A DNA stretch of 64,000 bases from Tubulanus polymorphus (Eukaryota; Animalia; Nemertea), in the NCBI RefSeq assembly GCF_964204645.1, contig NC_134026.1:24586150-24650149 (forward strand), read 5' to 3'. Position 1 is the stretch's first letter. The number at the start of each line of letters is the position of its first letter. This document shows, piece by piece, positions 25,601-38,054 of the stretch. The notes under the pieces are model-generated. The model ran no database searches. It was not told the origin of the DNA and worked only from the letters and a program-made list of their open reading frames with translations. A program made the translations under genes and the position numbers.

Positions 25601-28600
25601 ATTCTCAACTAAAACAAGGAAATTGATGATGAACTAATCATTTGATATCTGTTAATCATTTTAATATTTGTTAGAAAAAGCCGGGCAAGACAAAATGCCT
25701 AAAAATTCTTCGGTCAACAAAATATATTTACTACATTATAAATATCTAAGGAAAACCTACCAAACTAGGAATTTGGTGCAGAACCAGAAACTCGGCTGCA
25801 TCTTTAACAAGTTGGCAATCTTTTTTGTATTCTTCACCCTAGGATCAAACAGAAGAAATAGGCAAGAATTAAATCATTATCCATTACATCGATTTTCTTA
25901 TATGTCATCATTTCTAGGTTACCTCTGGGTTAACATGCTTCACATGTGGTTGGAATACATCTGGATTGAACGTAATATCAAAGGCTGTATCACTGAGAGA
26001 TCCTACAGCGTGACAAGCACTTTTCACTATGTCCTTTGTACTGTCTTCAACTGAAATGAAATAAATACTTCATCTATGATTTGCATTGATTTGTTAGCTA
26101 CACTCAAGTTTATGACTGATGATCATACATGACTCAGTAGTCTCTGTTCCCATGAACTGTTCTACAAGTTTCTTAGCTTCTTCAACTTCACTGTCGGTCC
26201 TTTCTGCAGCTCCGCCATCTGATGTCTTCTCTTCACTGGTCTCTGAGGCAGATTTTTTTACCTCTTCATCCTCAATTTTTGCTTCAATGGCTGGTTTTTC
26301 TTCAACTTGAGCAGCAGCAGCTCCTTCTGCTGTCTCTGCATTATCACTCTAAAATGAGCAAAACCTAATTTACTTAATAAAATGTTATTTTTGCATATTC
26401 AATTATTCAAGACAAATTCACCATCATAAACAAATTCACCTTATCTGCAGCTAACTTTTTCAGTCGTAATTGTTGGAAATGCCATGCCGCGTGTTTTATG
26501 AATGCTAGATACTTTGTCCTAAAAGAATAGGCATTTAGATCAGTAACTATATCCTCCATTGTGTGAGCTCAAAATAAATCTGGATCAAAAGATACTCACT
26601 CGACAAAGGATTCAATTAACTCCTGACGAAGACAGGCTAGTTTGTGTCGGTGGGCAATCGGGAAACCCATTTCTTTAACGCGATCATTCAACTCCTCACC
26701 TTCAACTGAAATCAAATTGATTAAGTCCTGTAGGAAATTTCACAAACGATATACCAACATAATTTTACTATCTTTTCTGACTTACTGGGTAAGAAATTTA
26801 CATCAGGTGGGCACGTCCTTAGCAAATCTAAGATGTAATATCGCCCATCGTTGCCAATTATACCCTACAATAAATTCATAAATCGAAATGAAAAAGCACA
26901 TCAGATTACATGTATATCTTTCATCCACAACTATTGGAGTCAAACTTTTTGAACATTACCTTGCATTCAACTGCTGAAAATATCTCAAATTCTTCATTCT
27001 TTTCATTTATAACTCTGAAATATCAATGTTTTCATAATAACAATGTAATCACTGACAATTTTTATCAATATTCAAATAAATCTAAAAATAATCTTACTTA
27101 TGGGGACGAATTTTCAACTGGCCTGCAGTTTTCTTCAACTGAAAAGAAATAAACCGCCAAACTTTAAACCCTAAACCGTAATCAACGACAACCAGTCATT
27201 ATACGATTTTGCTGCAAATGTTCTTATATCACTTACACGTTCAACATATTGCTCATTTGTGACAATTGTCTTTCCGAAGTCAATAGAACCGTACACAACA
27301 GATTGCTCTTGTTCTCGCTCCAAGATTCCAGGAATAATAGATTGAGCGGTTACCCTGTAACCACGATAATCAACAACTACAGTTCCAAGAGTAAACAAAC
27401 CTTCAGGATCAATGTTCATATAGGACTTCACTCCTTGTAAATCATTACTCTGAAAAAAATTAACACATTTCATCCGTATTTTATTTGTCAATTTGAATCA
27501 TTACCAACAGAAAACCAAATCAAGAATTTACCGGTGCTACATATGCAGCATTATCACCACCAAAGTCTTTGTAATGATCCTTGACATCAAATCCCAAACT
27601 GAAGAATATGTTGTTCCAAATGAACATCTGCATTCTGCAACGAAAGAACACGTGATTTAACTTAAACATTGGCCTAACAATTTCAAACACGAAAAGCTTT
27701 ACAGGAAGGGGGACCTTACTTGGAAGATTCTCCGGGGTTTATAGCCATTATGTTACCATCAATTACTGCCACTGCTGCCTTTGTAGCTGCAGCCACGAAA
27801 TCACTGTGAATCTGAAATATATAAATACATAAATCCCATCCGGTATATCAAGTACGTCAGAAAAATAATTCTAAGCATGTTTACCTTAAAGATAGCCCTT
27901 TCTCTAATTATTCGCTCTGGTAATGATTTTCTGGGCAGTTCTCTAGTAGTTTGAAGTTCCTCATTCCAATCTCTGGTTTGTCCAGGTATATGTTCTTCGT
28001 AGCCTAATTTTGATGAAAACGCTGAAAACAGATGCAACGATAAACTTAATACATATAATATCTATTTTACTGTACATCGCACAAAAGAAGTTTTTTCAAG
28101 ATTCAGAATGGATAATAGGATATTATTCTCATACCATCTTCTCCTCTGATTGAGTCGACTGTATGCTCCTGTGGTGGTGCTATCCACGAGTAAACCTGAT
28201 ACGGTGTTGGTACACGTTCAAATGGATGTTTCTGCGCTCTGAAATCATAAAGGAATATATGATTCACAGGAACACACTGCAGATGTAACAGAATTGTTGC
28301 AAGCCTCTTGAACCATACTTGTTGTGAAGAACCAGTAATGGCTTGATTAAGTTGCCAATTGATTTTAGCTTCACTTTTGGGCCACACTCATTCCCATATC
28401 AATAAGTATGAATTCAAAATCAAGTGAAGCCAATAGAACATTTCAATCTCAAATGAAATACCAACCGTTTCTTAAGTAGAAGACTAAAATTTCTCTTAAA
28501 TCCAGGACTTATTTGATTCAACATGCCAATCAGAGAATGCGACAAGTGCTTTTGTTGAGCTGCTTTGGGGTTGAAAACATCATCGGTGGACCTGAAAATG

Positions 28601-30539
28601 GTCGGAACAGATGTTCAAATTTTCTTTAAAACAGGGCGTCTTTAGATATGTGTTACCAAATCTGAGATTCACTATTTTATCAACAATAATTGTAATCAAT
28701 TTTGTTAATCAAAATTACAGGTGACTTATCAGCTTCAGTAACACAGACTTTGAGACAAAATATTAGATTGTTACTGGGATCATGAATCCAATTCAATGTG
28801 CGCAGATTAATTCAACTTACTGATTGATGTAGAAACCTTTAGTAGATGCGGTTATGTGGTATTTCCTGTCTTCAAGCGTCACAATTTTCAGATACAACAA
28901 ATCACCTGTCGAGAATAGGCAAACACTTGAATAGCGATTTAACGAAATAGAAACATATACAGGTGGTCGCGACGTATGACTTTCTGGTGCACCTACCATG
29001 CATTTTCCGTGTACCCGGAGGAGGATTCCAACCACTATATGTGACAACCTTTAAACACTGCGGGGCCCGCTGTTCATCAATAAGTGGATGCAGGGCAAGC
29101 AATGGAGTATCATCCTTCGCATTAGGTATTACATACTCAGGAGGGGTACAGTCAATGTTCTCTACTTTAGGTCTCTTTTTATCTGAAATTTGAAACAAAT
29201 GATTTCAAAATCCATCAAATGAACATGCTAGTAAGACTGAAAATAGAAACAAGTATAAAATGTAGCAGAAGCCTTGAACCATGCACATGTTTTATATGCA
29301 TAGCTTGATTTTTCTGCATTGAATTTAGCTCCAGGAATCAATCCACCATGTAAATACATTAGCGAAAACTAAAATCAACAATCCCAGAGCATCTACAATA
29401 ATTCGAAAACAAATCTCATATCACGACTTACCAAGCACATCGCTGACCGTGATTGCGCTTAGGAATGACAGTGACATGCATTCAGAGCCAGCGTAGGCAT
29501 CATTCGGACCAACTGATTTTAGTAGATCTCGGACATGACGAACGTGAATCCTTGCTTCTCTCACTGTGTATGGTTCTGTAAGATAAGAAATCATTTCATC
29601 ATCAATATACAGTTCCGATAGATAAATACATCGTTAATACTTTAATCGTCATTTCTTTTAACCTTCGACAATTTTAATGATTGATCCTTCCTTCAATCCA
29701 TCGATACTTTTCAATTCGGCAAAGTTGTCAAGAATGACGCCATCGAGTTGCATAGAAAAACAGGTCAAGTGGCAAGTTTCCTCACGGTCATGAAGAACTT
29801 GTTGAATCTCTTGGACAAGTTCCATCGAGCTAACCTGAAAAATAGCAATGCATAGGTCAAAGAGAGAAAATTTCCATACTTCTTGATTACGCTAAATTTT
29901 GTGACAGCCTTTCTCTTCTATTCTATTTCGGCATTTATACTAACAGGTAAGTCAAATGTTTCCAATCCAGGAAACGCAATCTTAACAGTGAAACTGGTGT
30001 CTTGAATGAAAATGACTTCATGGTCATCAGCTGGTGCATTGCCATTTTCTTTTTCCTTTTCCAGCGATTCCGATTCAGCCTTTTCTACCTCACCATTAGC
30101 TAAAAGGAAATACAACCATCATTATTCAAGATATAAAACTGAAATCAGTGCGACTCAACTAAGAATACACACACTGTTATCACCAACATTGATTGATTAC
30201 ATCATCATTGAACGAATGTACTTTTAGGCTAAATATATAACATACTATACTATACAAGTTCAACAACAAAAACCAATAATCACGTACTACAAGCAACACA
30301 TTTGATGATAAGGATGCATAATCAAAAAGTGTAAAAACCGTCAAAAAACAAGTGACATTTTACAAATCAAATTTATTGACTTGGATTTGTTGAGAAAAAA
30401 AGTTGTTCCGTAACGGGGTTATAATCCTACCTGCAGCAGCGGTGGATTTCTCCTCGACTTTGGGAATTTTTTTAGTCTGGTCATTATTCTGCGAATCAGT
30501 TCCGTTGCGCTGGTCGTCGACATCGGTCACCCCAGCCAT
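22691..30539 (-). CDS. CLUH: Clustered mitochondria protein homolog (clueless), many exons
   Basis: [134 protein letters not shown], then TPR region, ending ..VESEAAR*. Confidence 0.97.
28292..28432 (-). ncRNA. Intronic box H/ACA snoRNA, copy 1, in CLUH
   Basis: Hairpin 1 (GCTTCACTT/AAGTGAAGC; upper stem CATACTTATT/AATGAGTGTG with G.U on the host strand), H box AAATCA, hairpin 2, ACA + 3 nt. The 3' pocket AATCAA/TCAAG sits 14 nt from ACA and pairs around U in the conserved 28S sequence CUUGA-U-C-UUGAUU. Confidence 0.8.
29258..29391 (-). ncRNA. Intronic box H/ACA snoRNA, copy 2 (paralog), in CLUH
   Basis: Hairpin 1 GCTCTGGGA/TCCTGGAGC, hinge AAATTCA (imperfect H box), hairpin 2 GCAGAA-AAATCAA-GCTATGCATAT..ATGTGCATGGT-TCAAGGC-TTCTGC-T-ACA. 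Same pocket sequences and 14-nt spacing as copy 1, with different stems. Confidence 0.78.
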
Positions 30540-30975
30540 GGTTTCTGCGAGCTTTTCACCAAAACACTGACGCTGACACACGTGGATACCCTTCTCGATA
30601 ACCTTGCCCCAACTCCGTTCGGCGATAATCTCCACCTTAGTTATGCAATGCATATAATATGTAAAAAAGTACAAATCGTACTTTGTGACTTTTGATTAGA
30701 TATTCATTTGCATATGTAAGGGATTTTTTCAATAGTTGCCTACATCAGGAATAAGACTGTAAATTTCTATAAGCTCTGTGAGTTTTATATTCAGTAGACT
30801 TTACAAGTTGAGTGGAGATTAATTGTGAACGGACTCATGGACCGGACATCGTAGCCGTTCGCCTTCAATGAAATTTTGTTTTGAACCGGTGCAATAAGCA
30901 TTAATGAATGAAATGATAATAAACATGCCTAATTAATTATCTATATCATTACCTGTGGCTTCAATCACCGACGAA

Positions 30976-33900
30976 ATGCCCGAAGAATCATCCCCAGTTT
31001 TAGTTGCTTTGAAATCTTCAAAGAAGGGTCGATTGGTTTATGACAGAAATTGGTTTGATAGCAAAGATTCAGTAAAGGTAGGTCTAAAGCTCTTAAAAAA
31101 CAACATGAAAAAACAAATCTACCAGAATTATGCATTTTCTGTGATTAACATTATTATAAGAAATTATGATGGAAATAATAATGATAATTTTTGATGACAA
31201 TAATTGCTGATCTCTCGCCAAGACGGGCCCGCAGGGGCTGAACATCGGAGTTGTAGTGTAAAAACGATTCTGCTTCTAAAAATAAGAAAATTAGAAATGT
31301 TTAATTTTATATGATTGATTATTTTTCAGAAAACTCTTGATGATTGTACAAACTATCCACCGTTGAATGTGAATATTCCGTCATATCTTCGCGGTGGTGA
31401 TGACTCTTCTATGGTTGTAACAGTCGCCACTTCAGATATTCAAAGTTTTTCTATTACGACGAAAGAGGAAAGTTGTAAAAGTACTCCTAAAACTGGCTGT
31501 CACCGAAAAGAAAGGTACCAGAATCATCTTGCAGTATTGGGAAAAACCATCTCCCAAAATTAAAGTCTTTAAAATTCAAAGCTTTGAATAGCCTACTTCT
31601 CGAGCTAACTTCGTCATTCATTATTTAACAAAGATGAAATACTTTGGGTTCTGGTTTCTGAACAATAAATGATTTATAGTTTTGCTCTATTTCACAAATT
31701 GGCAATGCACTGAAGGATAGCACACATAATACCAATCGTGTTAACCCTTTCAGTGCGTCTACACCGTAGTGCGGTGTATAAATCAGTGATAGATTTTGCT
31801 AGTACACCGCAGTGCAGTGTATTGATGTAATTAGTAATTAGTAATTAGGCCTATCTCTCTTGAAAAATGGCAGCACCTGTCAAACATAATGAAATACTAG
31901 TAACTAACGATATACAGTGCCGCGGTATAGACGCACTATAGTGGTATTCCCGTTATTAAACACACTAGGGTGGAATTTTTTTTAATTTTCAAATTATCTC
32001 TAGCACTATAGGGTATTAACTAGTCAGCACTGAAAGGGTTAACCTGGTTTAAAATAAGTAACGAGACGAGTAGTACTTTATAGGTTAACTATTTATTTGA
32101 CGCGCAAGCTTTCGCTACTAATGTATAGAAGCTTCATCATGTGAATCACTCATTCACCTGACTAAGCTTCTATTCATTAGCAGCGAAAGCTTGTGCGTCA
32201 AATAAATAGTTAACCTTTATAGTACTACTCGTCTCGTTACCTATTATCTTTCTCAAAATCTGGAATTTATATTTATATTTAGAATAACTCATCATCATTC
32301 TTTGATTCTTTTAGCTTAAAAATGTTCTGTTTATAGGAATAAGGATGAAACTGATATTGCATCACAGAAGAAATCAAAAGTTGGATTATCAGATAGAGCT
32401 ACTAGTCCAGTAGATTCTATGATAGAAGTTTATGAAAAATCCTGTGAAATGAGTATTGCAGTAAGTGATCGATAGTAATGCCCCATTTATTTAGATATAA
32501 AATAAGATAAAATACCGGGGTATATCTTATTTATTTTAGAACGCTGTCAAAGAGAAGAGGAAGCAGAGTGATCAAATTTCACAGAATATCCAAAAAAACA
32601 TAGAGGAAAGCTTCAAACAGCAACAGTTACAGAAGGAATTAGAGAATTATAAACGATTAGCTATGCTTGAAGCAGAAGAAAATCAATGGTATACCAATCT
32701 GCAATTAGGCCTAATTCAAATCGGGCACATCCTTCTGTCCATGTACATAATTATCTAAAAAAAACTTTGCTATTAAAGGAAAAAGGAAGTTCAAGAAAGA
32801 CAGATTCAATTCAAAGAGCGACGAAAGCAACATGCTATGGTAAGAATGAGAATAATGTTTTTCGGGAAATAGAACAAGATTGTGCAAGAAAATGATTTGG
32901 ATTGTTCAATTACTTACAGCAACTTCATGCGAAACTCAAAGAAGCTGAGGCAAAACAAAAGGAAAAAGATGAACTTCAAATCAGAAGGTAAAGATATCTA
33001 TCACTTGAATATTGAGTTGTTAATGTGAAATGATTGATAACTTTCTAGACATTTTTGAATGATGAATTCGTTAAAAAGAAATTTCAGAAATTCTGTTCCC
33101 CAGTTTGCACAATAACCAAAAAATGACCCATTTACATGCCTTTTAGACGCCAAGAAGCACAGAAGAGGTTACAGTGGATTCTGCAAACATTACTGGATTG
33201 TAAGAAAACCAAAGATGAACTGCAAGTATTGCTGGAACAATGTCCTTATAAGCAACATCTGCCACCAAATATACAAAAAGCCATAGATATGGTGAACACG
33301 CTTAATTTGAAGATCGAGCAGGCTGTAGTGTTAGCTAAATCAAATGGTGCAACAGAGGAACACATGAACAGAGTCAGAGAGCTGAGTAATTCTGTGTCCA
33401 CTGCTCGTATCAATACAATAAAAGCTATTGGTATGTTATTCCTTCTGTGTGATGCGTGTCATTTATATTATGTAACGTTTCATTATTTTCCATAAATGAC
33501 CAATGTATTTTCAATTTAAATTTTGACTCTCAAGAAAACGCAGTGAAAAAAGGCAAAGATGAAGAAAATCTAGAAAAACAGAAAAAGCAGGAAGAAGAAC
33601 AGAAAAAAGCTGAACAACTCAAGCAGCAGAAAGAAAAGGTAAGTGAATTATCAGTTGTACATTTTAGTATTGTGTCTACGCATTTAATTGTAGCTTCATG
33701 TCTTCTTTACGCAGGAAAGGGCTGCTGCTGCTGCAGTTAAATCCACATCTGCCGAGGGAATTGCTGTTCTAGCTAAAGGTAATTATGATCATGGTAGTTC
33801 ATGTATTTTACTTGTATTTATCTACAAAGCCATGTATTGTCTATTTCAGCTGATGTTGTGCTGTGTGTTACCGAAGCTTGCCATAAACAATACAATAGAA

Positions 33901-35096
33901 TCATGAAGACATTGAAAGAGAATGAGCGGAATTTTGCAGATATATTGACTAAGCCAGAGGTAAGCGCACATGATCCGAATCAAACTGAATCAATCGTTTC
34001 TGTCACTTAATTAACGGTATGTTCTAACACATTATACTTTCAGCTCAAGAAGTTCAGATTTGAACTCCAAAAAGCTGTCAATACACCTATCAACTCAATC
34101 GCATCTGTCAGTGGTTCTCACCTACGGGACAAACTGAAAAAACTAGTATTTCTACTTGGTGGGCAAACAGTTGAAACTATCGCTGGAAAAAAGGTGTCAG
34201 CTGGTGAAAATCCTACGGGTGTTCCATTTGTTCGCGACTTGTTTGCAAAGAAGATTGTAGTATGTATTCTAAGAATAGTTTTGACTACATTGGCAAATGT
34301 TATTTCACTTTCCTTGGATGCTGTGTAGCTTGCTAATGGTTTTCAATCCTCTTTCAGAAACAAGGAGAAGAACAAGTGTCTTCGAACTTTGACACAGCTT
34401 TTCCAATTGCTGGAGTAGTTGTTGGTGTATGGTCAATGGTTCCAGCCATTGGTGACTTGTTATTAGGTCATTTCTATATGAATTGTCCATATTTAGTCCC
34501 GTACTATATTCCAAAACAAGATGGCCAAAGTCAAGAAGATTTTTACAAGTGAGATAGCTTTCATTTCTAGTCTGTTCTAGTCATTTTCTTATGTAACCTA
34601 AAATCTACGTTTCAAGTCTTGATGCTTAATGTGCATTCATTACAGATCACAAGGATATAGATATGAAGATGGACAGATTGAAAAACAGGACAAGTTTTTA
34701 CGGAGGATGTCTGGAATGATGAGACTCTTCGCTGCAATATTGATAACTATGCCACCAGATAGTGCATCTAACCATCCACATCCTTTTGGTATCGAACAAT
34801 CTTGGATTTGGCTGGTAAATGTTATCAATCTCGAACCGCGACCGAGTATTACTGCGACTATGTTGTATGATTTCTTACAAGTGACGGGAAATGTTTTGAA
34901 TAAAACTTACGGGAAACAATTTCACAAGTTACTTAATGCCATAGTGCTGGCATATTTACCAAAAATACAAAAAGTTACACCGGCTGGCTCGGGAGGGCCT
35001 GTCGTTCGTTTAGAAAGCTGTTTACAGAAGTGGTTGAAGTCTGGAAATATACCACCTCCCGATGGTGTTCTTGCTCCTAATTTTTGGTACACGTAA
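30976..35096 (+). CDS. GLE1: mRNA export factor GLE1, multi-exon
   Basis: N-terminus MPEESSPVLVALKSSKKGRLVYDRNW, coiled-coil middle, LQKAVNTPINSI..LFAKKIV/KQGEEQVSS..AFPIAGV..CPYLVPYY..GYRYEDGQIEKQDKFLRRMSGMMRLFAAI..HPFGIEQSWIWL..GGPVVRLE..PPPDGVL..FWYT*. Confidence 0.93.
31741..32042. mobile_element. piggyBac-type MITE in a GLE1 intron
   Basis: TTAA-CCCTTTCAGTGC ... GCACTGAAAGGG-TTAA: TTAA target duplication with CCC/GGG termini. Internal repeat TACACCG(T/C)AGTGC(G/A)GTGTAT. Confidence 0.85.
32058..32240. mobile_element. 183-bp palindrome of two inverted Penelope-type ends with degenerate minimal hammerhead ribozymes
   Basis: Arms of ~89 bp around a 5-nt spacer. Each arm reads CAC-(C/A)TGA(CT/TG)A-AGCTTCTA..TAGYAGC-GAAA-GCTT-GYG..AATAAA. 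Confidence 0.7.
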
Positions 35097-35230
35097 CTAT
35101 GATATGTGAAACATTGTAAGCTGAGTATGGATAGTATCCATGGATTGCATTTCATATTCGATTTGAATTGAACTGTTAGAATGATTTAATAAAGCTGCTT
35201 TCCACAGTACTATTTCATTTAGGTATGCTG

Positions 35231-35304
35231 TGAATGAATTCATTGAATGAATAATCGAAATGTTAACTGAATGAATTCATTGAATGAATAATCGAAATGT
35301 TAAC
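35231..35304. repeat. 37-bp perfect tandem duplication
   Basis: TGAATGAATTCATTGAATGAATAATCGAAATGTTAAC x2, just after an AATAAA (35188) downstream of GLE1. Confidence 0.9.
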
Positions 35305-38054
35305 AGTTATTGTAAAATTTTTCAAAATCAAGAAATAAATTATATTTTGTATGAAATTCTGATCAGTTTAGTTTTATCAGAGGAAATATTTTTAAATCGG
35401 TCTTTGAAGGAAACTGTACATGAAGTTCCCGTACAGTCTAGAACTGACTTAATTTGGATTACTAAAGATCAGATTTCTTCCGAATTATGAATAATAAAAT
35501 AGTTTATACGGCTCAAGATTGAATGGAATTATTTACTCCTGTTGAGACAAGCATCCCCCAGATTTTTACTTAAAGTACGATGGCGAATCACAATGAAATT
35601 CAATCTGGAACTAAGGAAATGAGTCGGATGCTTTTTGGATCATCGCACATACACATGTACCAGTACCTAATCTTGTCCGAGTAATAAGCAACATACGTAT
35701 TTTTGTGAGTTAACCGAGTTGCTGGTGACACTAATGCTAAAGATTTCCGTTTCTATGTCTTGTCAGAACATCGTTTTGGTGTCATATTCATGGGGTTAAA
35801 AGAAACAATGCCAAAAGTCATTCAGATATTTTGTTCTAGACACGAATCAATAAACCTTTGATGAAGTTGCCTTTGGGATAATAGAATCTTCCAGATTTTG
35901 TATCATCTTCAACTTGACGTAAGAAAAAAGAAAGCCAAAGAATTTTTAACGGGCTATTGATATGGTAATGCGTGAGGTGTTGGCACTGATTTCATTTGTC
36001 AATGCAGTTGTGTTAATATCAAACAATTCCTCTATTTGAAATCCTTTGCCATCTAGTAGGTGTATTCCATTACATCCTTTTAGAATTATATATCAAATAG
36101 ACAGTGAGTTTTGATGGATATTTCTGGAAGTTTTACCTTCTAGAAATTTCCCCGACTTTGTATTCAGCTTCTATTAGATTGCGCTAAAATATCTTTTTTT
36201 CATTTTTCATGCAGAACATAGATATTGATCGATAAGACATTTTAACATGTATTTCCTGCCGTCACACCATGTAACCGTGTTTTACTCATAAAAGTAACTC
36301 ATACGTTTACCAACATTCAAAGCAGTATTGATTTTATAAGTGCTGGTCCTTTTGAGAATGAGAAATTTCTCGAATAATTCAAACAATTACAGTTGACACA
36401 CCTTCAAACCATAACATTCATCCGTAGTTGTAGTATCCTCTTTTGTTAGCAAGAAAACAATCCACGCAAGCCACATTTTTAAATTTCAACAAAATTTCTG
36501 AATTTATTTTCATATTTAAATAACAAAGAACGATATATTATACCTGCTTAAGCTAAACTATATACTGAATATCGGCTTCAATACTAACTTGTATTTACAG
36601 ATTTTAAGCTAAAATCTTTTAACGGACTTCCAGCAATGAATTCTCTAAGTGAACTAACTAAAAGTTACAAAAAATTACTGCACAGCTCAAATGCATCCGA
36701 AAATAAATTTTCTACGCAAAAATGGCAGGCAAACAAAAAATCCAATTCATCCTACCACCATGTGTCTATGAAAATATACGACTTCTTAGATCATCGTCTA
36801 GATATATCTGATGTATGTAATTTTTACACCAGATGAAATCTTCCCTAGCCTCCAGTTATATAGTAACCTCGTACAGTGCTATAGTACACTTGGTAGCCAT
36901 CAGTTAATCCACTGAGGTATCAACAACTCGCTGGTTTTCTTCAAGTATCAATGAAACCAGACTTTCAAGATGCAATTACAATTTAATCACTGATATGTTT
37001 AGTAAACACGGACTGGGCTTCAGAGAAAAATTAAAATACGATCTTCTTATCTGTCGGATCTTTAATACAGTAGCTGTAAATCTATATAAAATATATCCCG
37101 GTATGCATATAACACGCCAGTAGCTTTTATTACTTTCAAGTCTCTCTAACAAATTCTAATCAATTTAAGCCGACTTCATTTGATTTCAAGCCTAACACCA
37201 ACATGCTAGTCGAATCCTTGTCAGTTAGTCTACCTAGAACATTTACATCTCACTGGAATGCAATTTATAAATAAATCATTACACTTCCCTTGAACATACA
37301 AAAAACACGTTACTGTAGAACAAGTGATACATTAAAAACATTTAACGATTCCTTTCCATCTACTTTATCTATATCTACTTGACACAGTTTTCTGAAAAAA
37401 TTAAAAGCTCATACTGGTAATTGCTTTTATTGTAGTATTGACTATGAATTGGGTAATTACTAAGTATAATGTTTGGTAATTGTATCACAGATTTTCCTAT
37501 TCAGCAATATTAGCCCACGTACACTAGGTATACACTAGCATATAAATACCTCTACAGGCATTATTTCATCAAATGCTTCATATCTCTTTGAGTAAAGCCT
37601 GAATGAAGCGCAAGAACGAAGTTGATCTATATACATTGTATGAAGCTTTTTTTATTCTCATTTCAGTTATCCAATATATTATGAGAATGTATTTGAAATG
37701 AGAAATCTTGGATTTCTCAATCCATCCCCACAGATCTTGCATCTCCCTGATCCATCACACATTTTATTTCTTAAACTGGTCACAAATTCTCTTTGCCCCG
37801 GTTTTGAAAAATGATGCTGCTATCATAGCCTGACTATCAAGTAATGTTTGCTTCTTGCTAACATTTCAATTCCGCACCAAAATGTACACTCTACTACAGG
37901 TATTTGAAATTCTCAAGGAGTAATAGCAAAACAATATGAAACCCAAGGCTATTGGGGTAAATACCATGACTACACAATTATAATCATATATTAGGCCTAC
38001 ATAATCTTTTTAAATACTGTACAGGCATATTTACACTAATAATTTTGATAATGT

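Noticed and set aside
35094-35102. Stop-codon readthrough at GLE1 (TAA CTA TGA)
   Set aside because: TAA is the least leaky stop, and a second stop follows after one codon.
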